This document shows positions 13,864-27,000 of a stretch of 64,000 nt of DNA, one piece after another. The first letter of the stretch is position 1, and every line of letters begins with the position of its first letter. The position numbers and the translations under genes were made by a program. The notes below the pieces were generated by a model. It ran no database searches. It saw only the letters and a program-made list of their open reading frames with translations, and was not told the DNA's origin. Source of the DNA: Mobula hypostoma (Eukaryota); contig NC_086097.1 in assembly GCF_963921235.1 (NCBI RefSeq), forward strand, positions 108,564,001 through 108,628,000, given 5' to 3'.

Positions 13864-14056
13864 ATTTAAAAACGCAATCACAAGAAAACCTGCAGATGCT
13901 GGAAATTCAAGCAACACACACAAAATGCATCTATAGGAAGAGATACAGTCGACGTTTCGGGCCTGATGAAGGGTCTTGACCTGAAACATCAACTGTACCT
14001 CTTCCTATAGATGCTGCCTGGCCTGCTGTGTTCTACCAGCATTTTGTGTGTGTTGC
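13864..14056 (-). mobile_element. Palindromic Penelope-derived mini-element
   Basis: Two head-to-head Penelope termini. TSD AAGAATGTAG(T/C)GG at 13851-13863 and 14057-14069. Inserted in a CR1 fragment. Confidence 0.8.
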
Positions 14057-15734
14057 AAGAATGTAGCGGTATGGTTAGTACATTAACATACCAGCCTTAA
14101 CATTCAACAAGCAGAAAGCACCACAACTGCTCTCTTTTACTGTGTGCTAAAGCAACCGACAACTCAAATGAAGATCAGGTACATCCAACCTTGCTGTTTT
14201 ATTTCACATTTTTGAATCCAAATTCTCTTTACAGAGTATTTTGTACCTTTAAAGGATAATGAAATACTGTTCTCCCATAATTGCAATGATTTGCAGATGG
14301 TATTGACTCTACCTGTTGTTAATTTAAGGAATATTTAATGGACAGCAAAAGCAATTTAGAAAAAAAGGTTTTCATAAACTGGAATGGAAATACAGATTGT
14401 TAAGATTACAGTTTATGCTCACATCACATAGATTTGTAGAAGCAGGTGAGGGTATTTCACCATTGTACTAGTTGAATAGTTCTTTGAAAGAGATAGTAAA
14501 TTATTTCACCCTCCACAATTGGATCAGCTTCCATTAGCCTTTAATTCCATAATTGGTATTTAAAATCATTTTCCTATTCCTTTGCTTTTTGTTAGTTTTT
14601 CTAAATTTGTGTTTTGATTATCATAACTCAGTGATAGAAAATAATTGAAAAGCAAAATGCTGCAGATGTTGGAAATCCAAAATCAAACCTGATGTGGCTT
14701 GAATTACTAAGCAGAGTAATTGAAGCATGTTTAGCTTCTCATTTAACCAGTAATCAGTTTTAACCTCTTTAATCATTATCTTTCCTGTAGTATGGTAACC
14801 ACAACTGCACAAAATACTCAAAGTGAGGTCCAACCACTGTTTTGTACATTATGAAGCAAGTTCCTGTATTATTTAACAAAAGGCAGAAGATAATTCAAAC
14901 ATGCATGACCATTCACAAGAAACCAAGATGTTGAGCCCACAACTCATAAGGTCTTTAGTTTAATGTCAATCCAGCACAGCTCTTTATGGTCATCAGAATT
15001 TCATTGCAGTGCTGGATGAACCTCACGCTTTCCTAGAATGTCATTGCAAAGAATGGAAGTTGGCGTAAAATTCTGTTTCTGTCCATAAGAACTAGAACTG
15101 TATATTTGGACTTGACTTTTTGCAAAGGTCTTGCAGCTCCTTATCAGCGTTGCTCTCCATTCCTTTCTTCTTTATATGTGTATCTTTGCACTCCTTTCAT
15201 ATATCGGTATTGTTTACCTCACCTCTCCCTGTAGTTCCATATACTCAAGAGTAAATACATTTCTTGTATTGAACATGTCTAATTTTAATCTTCCCCAACC
15301 CTCCACCAGCTTAGAAAAGAAAATATTTGTTAGCCTACAAGTTGATAAGAGCTGTAGTCAAAGGGCATGGAACTGAAGGCTTGGTGGATATGTAAGTACA
15401 GGATTGGGAAAGTGGCAGAAATCAGAGAAAGCAAAGGCTGTCAGATCTATTGGGATTTGTTTATGGATGAGTGCTCTGGGGATTGGGATTGGAGACCAGG
15501 AACTTTTCCATGCCAGTGAAGGATACACGTGATATAATTTCAACTTTTAAAGATGGAATGAAATTTAGAAATGTAGTCAATGAAAGTTAAAGTCATCAGT
15601 TGCAACACCAGTGAAAACGACGGAAACTTAGATCTCAAAATTGCTTACTGTGTTTTTCTTTGATTTTTGGATAACTTTGAAGGTTAACTTTTGTGTTGCA
15701 CAAACAGCCAGAACTTCCAGCTGCAGGATATCCC

Positions 15735-16325
15735 AGAACAGTACAGCACAGTACAGGCCCTTCAGCCCACAATGCTGTGCTGACCTTTTAACCTACTCCA
15801 AAGTCAAATTATAACCCTTCCCTCCCACACAGCTCTCCATTTTTCTTTCATCCATGTGCCTAGGATTATCGGAAATGTCCCTAATGTATCTGCCTTTTCC
15901 ACCATCCCTGGCAGTGTGTTCCATGCAGTCACCATTCTGTTGAAAGGAAAATCTACCCCTGACATCCAGAACGCCTGCTGTGTTCTACCAGCATTTTGTG
16001 TGTGTTGCCTGACATTCCCCCCTACACTTTCCTCCAATCACCTTAAAATTATGCCCTCACATATTAACCACTGCGACCCCAGGACAATGTCTGTGGCTAT
16101 CCATTCTATGCCTCTTACTGTCTTTCCATCTTCCTTTTTTCCAAAGAGAAAAACCCTAGCAAATGCAACTTTTCCTCGGAAGACATGCTGTCTAATCCAG
16201 GCCTCTCAAAAGCTTTAACATGCTTTCTGTATCGAGAATCCTGCCATTAATCTCGTACTCTGCCTTCAAGTTTGACCTTCCAAAATGCATCACTTCACAC
16301 TTCTCCGGGTTGAATTCCATCTGTG
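15735..16325 (-). mobile_element. CR1 LINE 3' fragment containing a short Penelope terminus (about 15972-16008)
   Basis: Reverse complement of the CR1 tail and of WNTLPGMVEKADTLGTF. Confidence 0.7.
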
Positions 16326-16687
16326 TTGTGTTTTCCTATATAAAACTGTGCTGAAGCTGTCTTTATTAGATTTGGATCACAGTTCCGATAGATTGGTTGC
16401 AAATTCTCTCAACTGTCAGCATGCAGTGCAGCAGGTGGAATCTTGGTACCCAGTGCCTTTGCTGACATAATACAGCGGTGGTTTTCCAATTAAGGAACAT
16501 TACGATGGAGTAAATGGATGCTACAATGATTGATATTGGGCTGGTGGTTGGGCTTTTGAGGTGAAAGGTGCTGCAAGTAGTCTATAGGGTGAGGATTGCC
16601 TACAGAGAGTATACTTTTTTGTGCGGCAGAGCATTGGAGAACCTTTGTGAAAATGGGGCAGGGAATTTCCATCAAAGTTGCTTTTAT

Positions 16688-18780
16688 CAGAATCAGGTTT
16701 AATATCACTCATATATGTTGTGAAATGTCTTGCTTTGCAACGACAATACAGTGCAAGACAAAAATTACTATAAGTTACAAAAATAAACAACAATTTGACA
16801 AATAGTGAGGTCATGTTCACGGGTTCGTGGACATTCAGAAATCTGATGACAGAGGGGAAGAAACTGTTCCTGAAACATTGAGTGTCATAAACCTCCTCCC
16901 GAATAGTAGTAACGTAAAGAGGGCATGTCCTGGATGGTGAGGGTCCTTAATGTTGAATACTTCCTTCTTAAGGCAGCGCATCTTCATGATGTCCTCAAAG
17001 GTTGTGCTGTGATGGAGCTGGCTGTCTACACCCTCTGCAGCCTTATTTGATCCTGCACTTTGGAGCTTCCATACCAGGCTGCGAGCAAACCTGCAGAACG
17101 CTCTCCACTGTACATCTGTAGAAATTTGCAAGAATCTTTGGAGTCATACCAAATCCCTTCAAACTTCTAATGAAGTAGATCCACTAGTGTGCCTTTTTTG
17201 TGATTGCATCAATGTGTTGGGCTGAAGATAGATCCTTTGTGATGTGCTGCCCAGGAACTTGAAGCTGCTCAGTCTTTCCACCACAGACCCGCTCAATGAA
17301 GACTGGTGTGTGTGCACCCAACTTTCCCTTCCTGAAGGCCACAATCAGTTCCTTGGCCTTGCTGGCGTTGAGTGTGAGATTGATATTGCAACACCACTCC
17401 ATCAGCCAATTTAACGCACTTCTGTCGGCCACTTCGTCACCATCTGAGATTCTGACAACAGTGGTGTCATCCCTAATTTATAGATGGCATTTAAACTGTC
17501 CCAGGCACACAGTCATAGGTGTCGAGAGTAAAGCAGTGGGCTTAGCATGCATCCTTGAGGTACACCTGTGTTAATTGTCAGCAAGAAGGAGATGTTAATA
17601 TCAATCCACACTGACGGTGGTTGCCCGATAAGGAGGTCGCGGATCCAGTTGCAAAGGGAGGTACAGAGCCCCAGACTTTGAAGCTTGTTGATTTGTACGG
17701 AGGGGATGATGGCGCTGAACACCAAAATGTAATCGATAAACTGCAGCATATCGTTATGTGCCTATCATTCCCTCTTACAATTTAAAGTGGTTCGTAGAGC
17801 TCACGTGTCTAAAGATAAGCTATCTCGTTTTTATTCTGATATATCTCCATTCTGTGATAGGTGTAATAATGGAGATGCTTCATTAATTCACATGTTTTGG
17901 ACATGTCCGAGCCTTGAAAGATACTGGAAGGAAGTATTCCAAACTTTCTCGGTACTTTTCAAGGTAAATTTTAAGCTGAACCCTTTGACTGCATTATTTG
18001 GTATTGTTGGAGGAAAAGACTTTATTTTGGAGACACCTGATTTGCATATTTTGGCTTTTATATCTCTTATAGCTAGGAGGGTGCTCTTGCTTAAATGGAA
18101 GGATGTCATTCTGCCTACTTATGCTCAATGGTTACGTGATGTTATGTCATGCTTAAATTTAGAGAAGATCTGTTGTTCAGTTTTTGAATCTAGCCAAGAC
18201 TTTTATACATTTTGGGGACCAATTTGAGTTAATTTCAAAACCTTTGATTTGTTGTAAAAGTACAGATGGTGGCTTATAATATATTTTATTATATGATAAG
18301 GGCTTTTCCCCCTTTTTTCTTGCTTTTCCTAACAGCTCTGACTTTGGTAGTGGGATTGGATTTTTTTTCTGTATGGCAAAATTATTATATTTCAATATTA
18401 CGATTTAATTTAATTTTTATGACTCCAAGGTTTTGTGATTGTAACTATTTTTAATACAATGTATCTGGTACTATTTTATCTTTTTTCTTTTGACTTATAA
18501 TTTATATCTTCTAGTACTCTGCATTCTTCTATGCAGAAACTAATAAAAATATTGAAAGAGATGAACTGCAGCATGATATTTGCTTTGCTGTTGCTAGGTG
18601 CTGCAAAGCTGAGTGTAGAGCCAGTGAGATTGCATCTGCTGTAGGACTGTTGTGGCAGAAGGCAAATTGCAGCTTGTCCTGGTCCTTGCTCAGACACAAG
18701 CTAATTCTAGAATTCTAGCCATGACAGATCTCTTAAAACATTTCATCGCAGTAGATAAAGAGTGCTGGCATGCACCCGTA
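16688..18780 (-). mobile_element. Rex1/Babar LINE fragment interrupted by an L1
   Basis: INTGVPQGCMLSPLLYS, WCCNINLTLNASKAKEL and KDPHHPGHALF motifs. Confidence 0.85.
17750..18563 (+). mobile_element. 5'-truncated L1/Tx1 LINE 3' end
   Basis: CDRC...SLIHMFWTC zinc-knuckle, AATAAA and an A-rich tail. TSD AACTGCAGCAT at 17739-17749 and 18564-18574. Confidence 0.88.
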
Positions 18781-20689
18781 CATTGGTGTTGTCTTCGCCC
18801 CAACAAATTCACCCTAATTCACCTCCCATCAGAGCCAATCGCACTCGGATTTTCTTTCAGTTATCTATGAAGTTGGCCCATCTAGAGCTATGAGGGATAT
18901 TTGAGAGTACTTGAGGAGAGAGGGAATAGACTTCCACCAGCCACATAAGGCAAGATTGTAAAATGTGAAAGGCATTTAAAGATGTCATATAGAAATAAAT
19001 GTCACAATCTTCAATTTGTGTACGATTTCTTTATGTGTTGTAAGTGTTTCTCAGTGCAATCTGTTAGCTTTTGAGTCGTTCTCATTTCAGTGTGCTGTCT
19101 TAAAGTCACAATGGTGTAGCAGATTCTGTGATGCTATTTCTGGAAAGGTTGTTGATGTGTTGCAGTGATATGAATGTGTGTGATGAACCCTTGACTGTCC
19201 AGGATTATGAAGTATTGGTAGCTGCTATGTTATCTGAAAATGATAGCTTATGACCTGCACTGTGAAATTGATTTTTTTTTAAAATCTTGCAATTATATTC
19301 CTGTGCTTCCTCTGCTCATAGAATCCTTCTCAATGTAACCTGTTGGTGTTGGGGGGCGGGGGTGGGGGAGGAGCTCCCAGAAAGATCTGAGAAATTTGTT
19401 AGAAGTAGAATGGTGAAATAAAAAATCATGCTGATTTTCTCGGAGGGGAATTCAAAGCTGTAGAAATAGATGAGAGGTTAGTCAAAGGTAATAGAATATG
19501 CAGAAAAGTATATACAGCATCAATCATCTCCAGTAGTCTGAGATGGGTGCGGTGTCATACTTCAATATTGTTACTTTCAGTTCTGTCATACTGTGTACTT
19601 CAAATGGTCAAATGAACCTTGCTTGGAGTTCTCTATGGGATTTCTAATTGTCCCATGAGTTTGGACTTCATTGGCTGATAAGTCAGTGCATCACTCTACT
19701 CACTGCATGCCAGCTTGCATACACAGAATTTTTCATTGCATAATACGACATAGCCATTACGCTAAATAGGATGTACTCAGAACGGATTTGGCACCTCAAG
19801 AGTTGAACATCTACAAATATTCAGGATTGTATTCCACCACAACACAAGGGGTATGTTCCCCGTGTGGAAATATACATGTAACCCTGAAGTCTTTATGAAT
19901 TATAACTTTTGTGGAATGTAATGTGACAAAATGGAACCTGTGTGATCTCAGAGCGTTTTGCTGATGTGGTTGGATGGGAAGCTTGCAAGGTTATGTGATT
20001 TATGGCCAGGGGTATTTTTTATTTGTTGCTTGGTATGCTTCATCCTGTGTTGCTGGATGACGGGGGAGAAGCCTCAAAGACAGATGCAAGATAAGACAGC
20101 AATGCAATTAAAGAATGGAACAACTTCAGAGACATGAAGTTGATAAATTATTGGACTCTGCAAACATATAAAAGTGATCTGTTTTGAACTGTAAATTTGA
20201 AGCTACCTATTGATGACTTGATGTATGGAGGTAGTCTTCCCTTGTAAGTAATAAACGTACTTGTAATTTGATCCACTCTGAGTTTGGTGTAGTCTATTCC
20301 TGTATACTTAGAAGACCTAGCTGGACGGTACACAACAACCTGTATCAATTACAAATTCACCAGCAGATCAGCCATGATTCAATAAGCATACCAAAAATAG
20401 GCGCCTAACCTAGCAGACCAGCAACATAGGATTAAGCAATATGAGCACCAAATAAAACACATAATACACAGAGCTAAGTATTTCCACTACAAATGACTCA
20501 AAATTTCTACAGATCTGTTACATTTTGACTGTTGTCTTCTGCCTTCTGTATCAAATGTTAGCCAAGTATTAAAGGAATTATCAATAGTGCAAGCAACTTG
20601 CTCATAATCACTTGTGCACAGATGCATAGTTTGGTTTCATCAGGAAAACATCTGGAGGAACTCAGCAGGTCAGGCAGCATCTATGGAGG

Positions 20690-21530
20690 ATACAGGAGCC
20701 CCTCAGGGCTGTGTACTAAGTCCCCTCCTTTACTCCCTGTATACCCATGACTGTGTTGCCACCCACAGCTCTAATCTACTGATTAAATTTGCCGATGACA
20801 CTACATTGATTGGCCTTATCTCAGACAATAACGAGGTGGCCTACAGGGAAGAAGTCATCTCTCTGACACAGTGGTGTCAAGAAAACAACCTCTCCCTCAA
20901 TGTCGCAGAAACAAAGGAGCTGGTTGTGGATTACAGGAGGAATGGAGATGGGCTATTGATATTAATGGATCTGGGGCTGACAGGGTAAACAGCTTGAAGT
21001 TCCTTGGCATCCACATCACCGAGGACCTCACATGTTCTGTATACACCAGCTCCTCTTTACGTTACATGCAATCATAGTAATTTATAATAAATAGAACAGT
21101 CAATGTAACATAGAAATACACTCAAATCAGTGTGAGTTCATCAGTCTGATGGCCTGGTGGAAGAAGCTGTCCTGGAGCCTGTTGGTCCTGGCTTTTATGC
21201 TGCAGTATCGCTTCCCAGATGGTGGCAGCTGGAATAGATTGAGGTTGGGATGACTCGGGTCCCCAATGATCCTTTGGGTCCTTTTCTCACACCTGTCCTT
21301 GTAAATGTCCTGAACCACGGGAAGTTCACATCTACAGATGCGCTTAGCTGTCCGCACCACTCTCTGCAGAGTCCTGCGATTAAGGGAGCTACAGTTCCCA
21401 TACCGGGCAGTGATGCAGCCAGTCAGGATGCTCTCAATTGGAAACAGCACCTCTTTCACCTCAGACGGTTGAGGAAGTTTGGGATGCGCCCCCAAATCCT
21501 AAGAGCTTTCTATAGGGGCACAATTGAGAT
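20690..21530. mobile_element. Rearranged Rex1/Babar LINE (plus / inverted / plus segments)
   Basis: + RT segment TGAPQGCVLSPLLYSLYTHDC...KFADDTT (20690-21050); 3' segment on - (21060-21439); middle segment on + LFHLRRLRKFG...YRGTIE (21440-21530). Confidence 0.85.
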
Positions 21531-23029
21531 TGTGGTGGTTGGAAGTCAATCATCCCACCCACAGAGAGGTTCTCAGCAGGGTGCCTTCACCTGCTCCTTC
21601 ACATTGTAAAATAGGGAATAAGGATCTTTTCCAATGCACAGACAATATTCAGTCCCGTTTTCAACTCTGAAACCAAAGCTGTGTGCATTTCTATGTCTGG
21701 ACAACATTCTTACAGAGGTGATAAATGGCAAGTAATATTTGTATTGGGTGTGTTCATTTTCAATAACATCTGTTTCAGGTAAAATCATTTTTGATCACCA
21801 AATGATTTAAACAAAACAGCTGTATACAATCCATAGGATCACAGAATGGTTACAGCAGGGAAGGAGGCTACCCACACTAGCTCAGTGCTAGAGCAAACCA
21901 GATAGTCCCACTCCTCTTCTTTTTCCCCAATATTCCTGCAAATTATATGCCTCGTGTTTTGGTTCATTTAACAAGCATCCTCTTCGATGTTCTCTACTTG
22001 TTGAATATTGTGCTAGTAGGAAGGATTTATCTCATTAACACATGGAAACAGGAGAGGGTGTGGGACACCAGGGCCCCACCACTCAGTACGATCATGGCTG
22101 ATATGTGCTGACCTCAACTCCTCTTCTGTGCATGTTCCCTGTAACCCTCAGTTCCTTGTTTTTTTTTTAAATATTTATCTATCTCCACCTTAAATCTATC
22201 TCAGAATCTGGTCTCCACTATCCTCAGTGACTAAGATTTCCAGCAATTTATTCTGCCTATCCCCTGTACAATTTTAAAACCTCAATCAGATTCCCTTCAA
22301 AGTAGAACAACTTCGGCATTCTAATCTGTATATCAAGGCACCTTATCTCTGGACCCAATTTAGTAAACCTCCTCAGTATCTTGTCTAAAGCTTTTGCATC
22401 TTTCCTACGTTATGGTGCACAGAACTGGTCTAAATACTACAATTATTGCCCAACTAATTATTTTATAAACTTCAATCAAGACTGACTTGTTTTTTTTAAA
22501 TTCAGTGTGCCTATTTATAAAGCACAGAATCCCACATGCTTATCTGAATCACGTTCTCAGTCCATTAGAGTCATATACGATTATAGTACCGAAACAGGCC
22601 CTTCAGGCATCCGGTCTATACCAACCCAATCTTCTGCCTCGTTCCTTCTATATGAACCCAGACCATATCCCTCCCAACCTCGCTCATCCATTTACCATTT
22701 CTACTGGCAGCTCACACTTGCACCACTCTCTGACTGAAGAAATTTCCCCTCTGATTCCCCTTGAATATTTCGCCTTTCACCAGAAAACTATGACCTCTAC
22801 AAATTGGATGACTTGTAGCCTCACCCAATCTGTGAGGAATTAGCCTTTATCTATAGCCCTCATAATTTTGTATACCTAGCTGCTATTCTTAAAGTACTGT
22901 GTAGATATAACCCCAGTTCTTTACTGTAAATGGTAGTTAATTTTCCTCCTCCTTGTTGCTGTTACCATAGTGAATAATGACTCCTGGCAAACTTCATTTA
23001 CCTCTAGTCCAAACACACCTTTCAATACA

Positions 23030-23285
23030 ATGCAACACATAAAATGCTGGAGGAGCTCGGCAGTTCAGGCAGCATCTATGGAAATGACTAGATAGTCAAC
23101 GTTTCAAGCCAAGACCCTTCTTCAGGACTGGGAAGGAAGGGGGAAGCTGCCAGAATAAAATAAAGGTGGAGGGAGGGGAAGGGGTCTAGCTGGAAGGTTA
23201 TGGGTGAAGACAAGTGGGTGGGAAAGGTCAAGGGTTGGAGAAGAAGGAATCTAATAGGAGAGGAGAGTGGACCATAGGAGAAATG
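23030..23285 (-). mobile_element. Penelope-like 3' terminus with hammerhead motif (23094-23130, minus strand)
   Basis: The reverse complement reads CAGTC-CTGAAGA-AGGGTCTTGGCTT-GAAAC-GTT-GACT, followed by the usual Penelope terminal sequence. Confidence 0.75.
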
Positions 23286-23499
23286 TACTATTACTGCTTC
23301 CTGTATCTTGGACTAATTTTTTAAAATTCACGAGGCATTCCCTTTTATTCCATGGGCTTCAATCTGATTAATCCTTTTACTAGGCTGGCCGCTATTACCT
23401 TGTGCACTGTGTGACAAAACGTAATCCCTCGAACCCATCAATCAAAGACATCAGGGTTGGCATTTCAGTCTCCCTGCCCTGATCCAAAGGCGATGAAAA

Positions 23500-24070
23500 A
23501 AGCTCAGGAGGGCGAGGATGCTGATTGGAGGGGTTGCCTGCTAATCCTCGGATGGTGAATGGTCGGAGCCGCTGTCCATCAGGGACAGCGGGCCCGCCCA
23601 CTGTAACTGCCGACGGGCTTGAGTCGGGCGGTCTGTAGCAGTTTGCGGTGTGCGTCTGGGGCTATGGCTATTGTGTGTGACGATGGAACGGTAACGATGG
23701 GTGGCGGGTAATGCTGCTGTGCTGAGAGAACGGCTGGAAATTATGTCCCGATTCGTGGTCGGCAAGATGAAGACCCCAGTAACTGGACGCAAGGACCCGC
23801 GCGTTGGATACAAATACTCAATGGCAAGTAGGGAGGGGGCAGCCGCAGGGCTGGGCCCGGTTTCGCATGGGGGATGCAGCCGACCCTCTTCCCAATTTAC
23901 ACCCGCGGTGAGCTGTCACTCCGGCGTTGAGCTGGAGCCAGCCGCCTCTTCCGTTCTTCCTTGCTTAGCTTGTGCTGGTCACCTACGCCCTTAGCCCAAA
24001 GGACGTCTTTCCCCGAATCTCTCGCTCTCAAAAGTACTATTTACTTTATCAACCACCTTTCCGGGAAACA
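23500..24070 (+). promoter_or_regulatory. CpG island / internal promoter of OXR1
   Basis: The only non-repeat stretch in the window that is GC-rich and CpG-dense. It contains GC-box-like GGGCGG/CCGCCC motifs (about 23594-23599, 23625-23630) and surrounds the candidate first exon. Confidence 0.75.
23743..23823 (+). CDS. OXR1: Probable alternative first coding exon of the short (TLDc-only) OXR1 isoform: MSRFVVGKMKTPVTGRKDPRVGYKYSM
   Basis: ATG at 23743 inside a CpG island. The 27 codons end at ATG|GCAAGT (GC-type donor, phase 0), in frame with the phase-0 exons at 40123 and 41324. The peptide resembles my recollection of the mammalian short-isoform N-terminus (MSRLWYGKK...HKYTL) and occupies the expected intron. 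Confidence 0.7.
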
Positions 24071-27000
24071 CAAATTCACCTTCAATTTAAAATTAACCTC
24101 GGTATGTTTTTAAAACACAGATTATCTTCACTTTTTGTACTTAAAGTGCAATTATGTATATAGAGGCAGGCACAATCTATCTTATCCTCTGAAGGCAAAC
24201 CTATTGCCGACCTTCAGACTAAATGTCCCCTGTCTGCCAAGCCTGTGCAAATTAACCTAGAGTTTGGATATTGTTTTATTTTAAAAATGTTAAAATAGAT
24301 GCCAGAGTAAGTTCTTGGTTGTGTTTTGTCTAGTTTTCAAATGTTTTTGGGTGTGTTTACGACTGGATATGTCTGTTAATATTTGTCTCCTGGAATCGAT
24401 TGAAGCATCATAAATATTTAAATAAAATATGATGGCGTTTAAAACCAGCACGCTGGAGAATGAAACAACAGACAGAAGTTGTTGCATGATGAGGCCCTAT
24501 TTGAAGGAATGTAGGCTCATGGAACAAAAGGTCTCAAAGGCTGAAACAGTAGAGAACTGTAAGTTGTGGATTTGCTCAGAGGACAGTTCAGACACCTCAT
24601 GATTTCAGGATGGATGTGCAGGCTAAAACTCAAGATTTGTGGATGACACCAACCTAGGGGTATGATAAATAGCGGGATCGGTAGAAATAGCTTACAAGAA
24701 GATGAAGGCTGGCAAGATGGGCAGGTGAGTCACAACTTAAACTTAATAGCAAAATGTGATTGATGCATTTGGCTAGAAAGAGCAAGGCAGAAGAATACAG
24801 TCCTCACAGCAGACTGCGAACAGAGACCTAGTGTACAGGTCCTTGGAATTGGCAGGGCATGTTAAAACAGTGATGGCTGAAGTATACCGAATCTTGGGCT
24901 TCTTAAATAGTGGCTTAGAACCTAAGAACAGGGAGGAAATTGTGCTTAATCTAGTAACTATATTTTTAAAAAGATGTGATATTCCTAGAGAAGGTGGTAA
25001 AAACATACTAGAGTGGTTTTTGGGATGACAGATCTTGGTCTCCCAGTTGTCTGAGTTTTTGGAACATGAAATTGGAAATCAAAAGAACAGTGGATGCTGG
25101 AAATATTGAATAATCGGAAATGTAAGAAGCAAGTTAATTGGAACCTGTACCTTATCCCTTTTTGTGGAGGTAGGTGGCAAAGGAAGGAAAGGGCAGTTTT
25201 TGGAGGGATGGAGGGAGGGATTTACTTACAGGGGACTAAGTAGAGGTGAGATTGATGTGGGGGGCAGCACTAACTGAATGGCTGCCTCCTGTAGTCTGAT
25301 GAATAACTATTTGGCAGGGCAGGGAATCACAGTTAACATTTAGGATTGGTGGCCTGAAAGCACATTTGATTGTAGTTTATTTAATTGTGACTAGTCCCTT
25401 TCTGGCATGTGGAGAGAATCTGTTGTATTTACAGATGGTTGTGGGGCCAGGAAATACATTCAGAAGGGAGTGTGGGGGGGGGGAGCTTTGTTAGTGGCAA
25501 AAGTAGTCAATTGGGCTTTTAAAATGGTTAGGTATTTAAGATAAAATAATGTTTTGGGCTATGGGGAAGAGCAGGCAAATGTGACTGAGTGGTTGTAGGG
25601 AACTGGCAAGGAGTCATTAGGGTGGATGGCCTTATTCTCTGTCTTCAAGAAATTCTGTTCTCCACAATGGTAATATTGGGCACATAACTACCAAAAAAAA
25701 AAGGCCAAATATCTCCAGCAATGATTTACCTTTGCTTTCTCCCAATAAAGAAAGCCTCAGAGAGCCCAGGCTAAGGCCCATACCTGAGCCAAAAACATTG
25801 CAAGTTTCTCTTTGATGGTGACCCTTTGTATTGATGGTGCAGGATTTACTGAGTTCATTCCACAATCTTTACTGTCACAGAGGTCAGACTTCAGGCAGTG
25901 TGATTCACTCCACTTGTTGCATCCTGAAGGACATGTGTCAGATTTAGCTTTGCTTCTACCCAAATTGTACCAGAATATTTACAGCAGCAATCGTCACCCA
26001 GCAATGCTGAAAACTGCCCAAGTTTGTGATGTCCATGAAACATAAATATAGTCCAATCTGACCAAACAGTGTTAACTGACTAACTTGTTTTATCTCTTTC
26101 CTACTTGGGTGTCCAGCCTGAAGCATCAACTCTGTAACTCTTTCCACAGATGCTGCCTGAACTACTGAGTGTGCCCAGCATTTTCTGTTTTTAATTTCAG
26201 CTTTCCAGTTCTGCAGCTTTTGAGTTTCTTGTCAGCAGTGTGCTCTGGTGTGCGGTTTGCTCATCAGTAAAACAAAACCAGAAAATGCTGGCAATACTCT
26301 AAGTTGAGCAGCATTTGTGGAGTAGTAAGCAGAGTTCAACTTTTAGGTCAATGAGCTTTCATCAGAGTTCTTGTTGTTAGAGACATCCTTGCCTCTGGAA
26401 CTTTGCTGCGGTCATTCCTTGATCCATTGATGGAAAAGCTTCTCTTCATTATAAGTTCAGAGATGTTTATTAATAATCAGTGTTTGCAACAGATACTGAA
26501 GTGGTCCATGCTCATGAGATCTAACCAAGCTCATGCTTGGGCTGATAAGAAGGAAATAATATTCATGTTGCAAAGGCCAGACAATGACCAACTTCAACAA
26601 GATAGCATGCAACCACTTTCTCTTGATGCTCAGCAATTACTTTATTGTTGGAATTTTCCATCTTGGACCATTGATTCTGCTGTGGAGCTAGACTTGCTGG
26701 TCACACTGCATCCAATTTCTCATCTGCCCTTTTATTCACATATTTATGGGGCTGCTTCAGTTGAAGTTCTGGCCAGTGGCAGTCCTTTGATTTTGATTAA
26801 CTGTTGGGCTTTCACTGATGCTACTGCCGTTGATTGCCAGTGGGATGTGGTTCTGCTCAGTCTGTTAGAGAGTGTCACAATTCTAATACAAACAAAGGAA
26901 GTTACCAAACTTAGTTGGATTCAATACTGGGTCATAGTCTGCAGAGTGCTTAGTTGAAAACTGAGGTGCTTCTTCAAGCTTGCTTTGGGCCTCAGTAAAA

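Noticed and set aside
19917..20340. Possible solo LTR (TATA-like at about 20166, AATAAA at about 20250)
   Set aside because: No matching TSD found and the boundaries are ambiguous.
23701..23994. 97-aa ORF as a stand-alone gene
   Set aside because: Better explained as the OXR1 alternative first exon reading through its GC donor into GC-rich intron.
26403..26957. 184-aa plus-strand ORF
   Set aside because: Non-ATG start and no motif; it overlaps what looks like very decayed LINE sequence.
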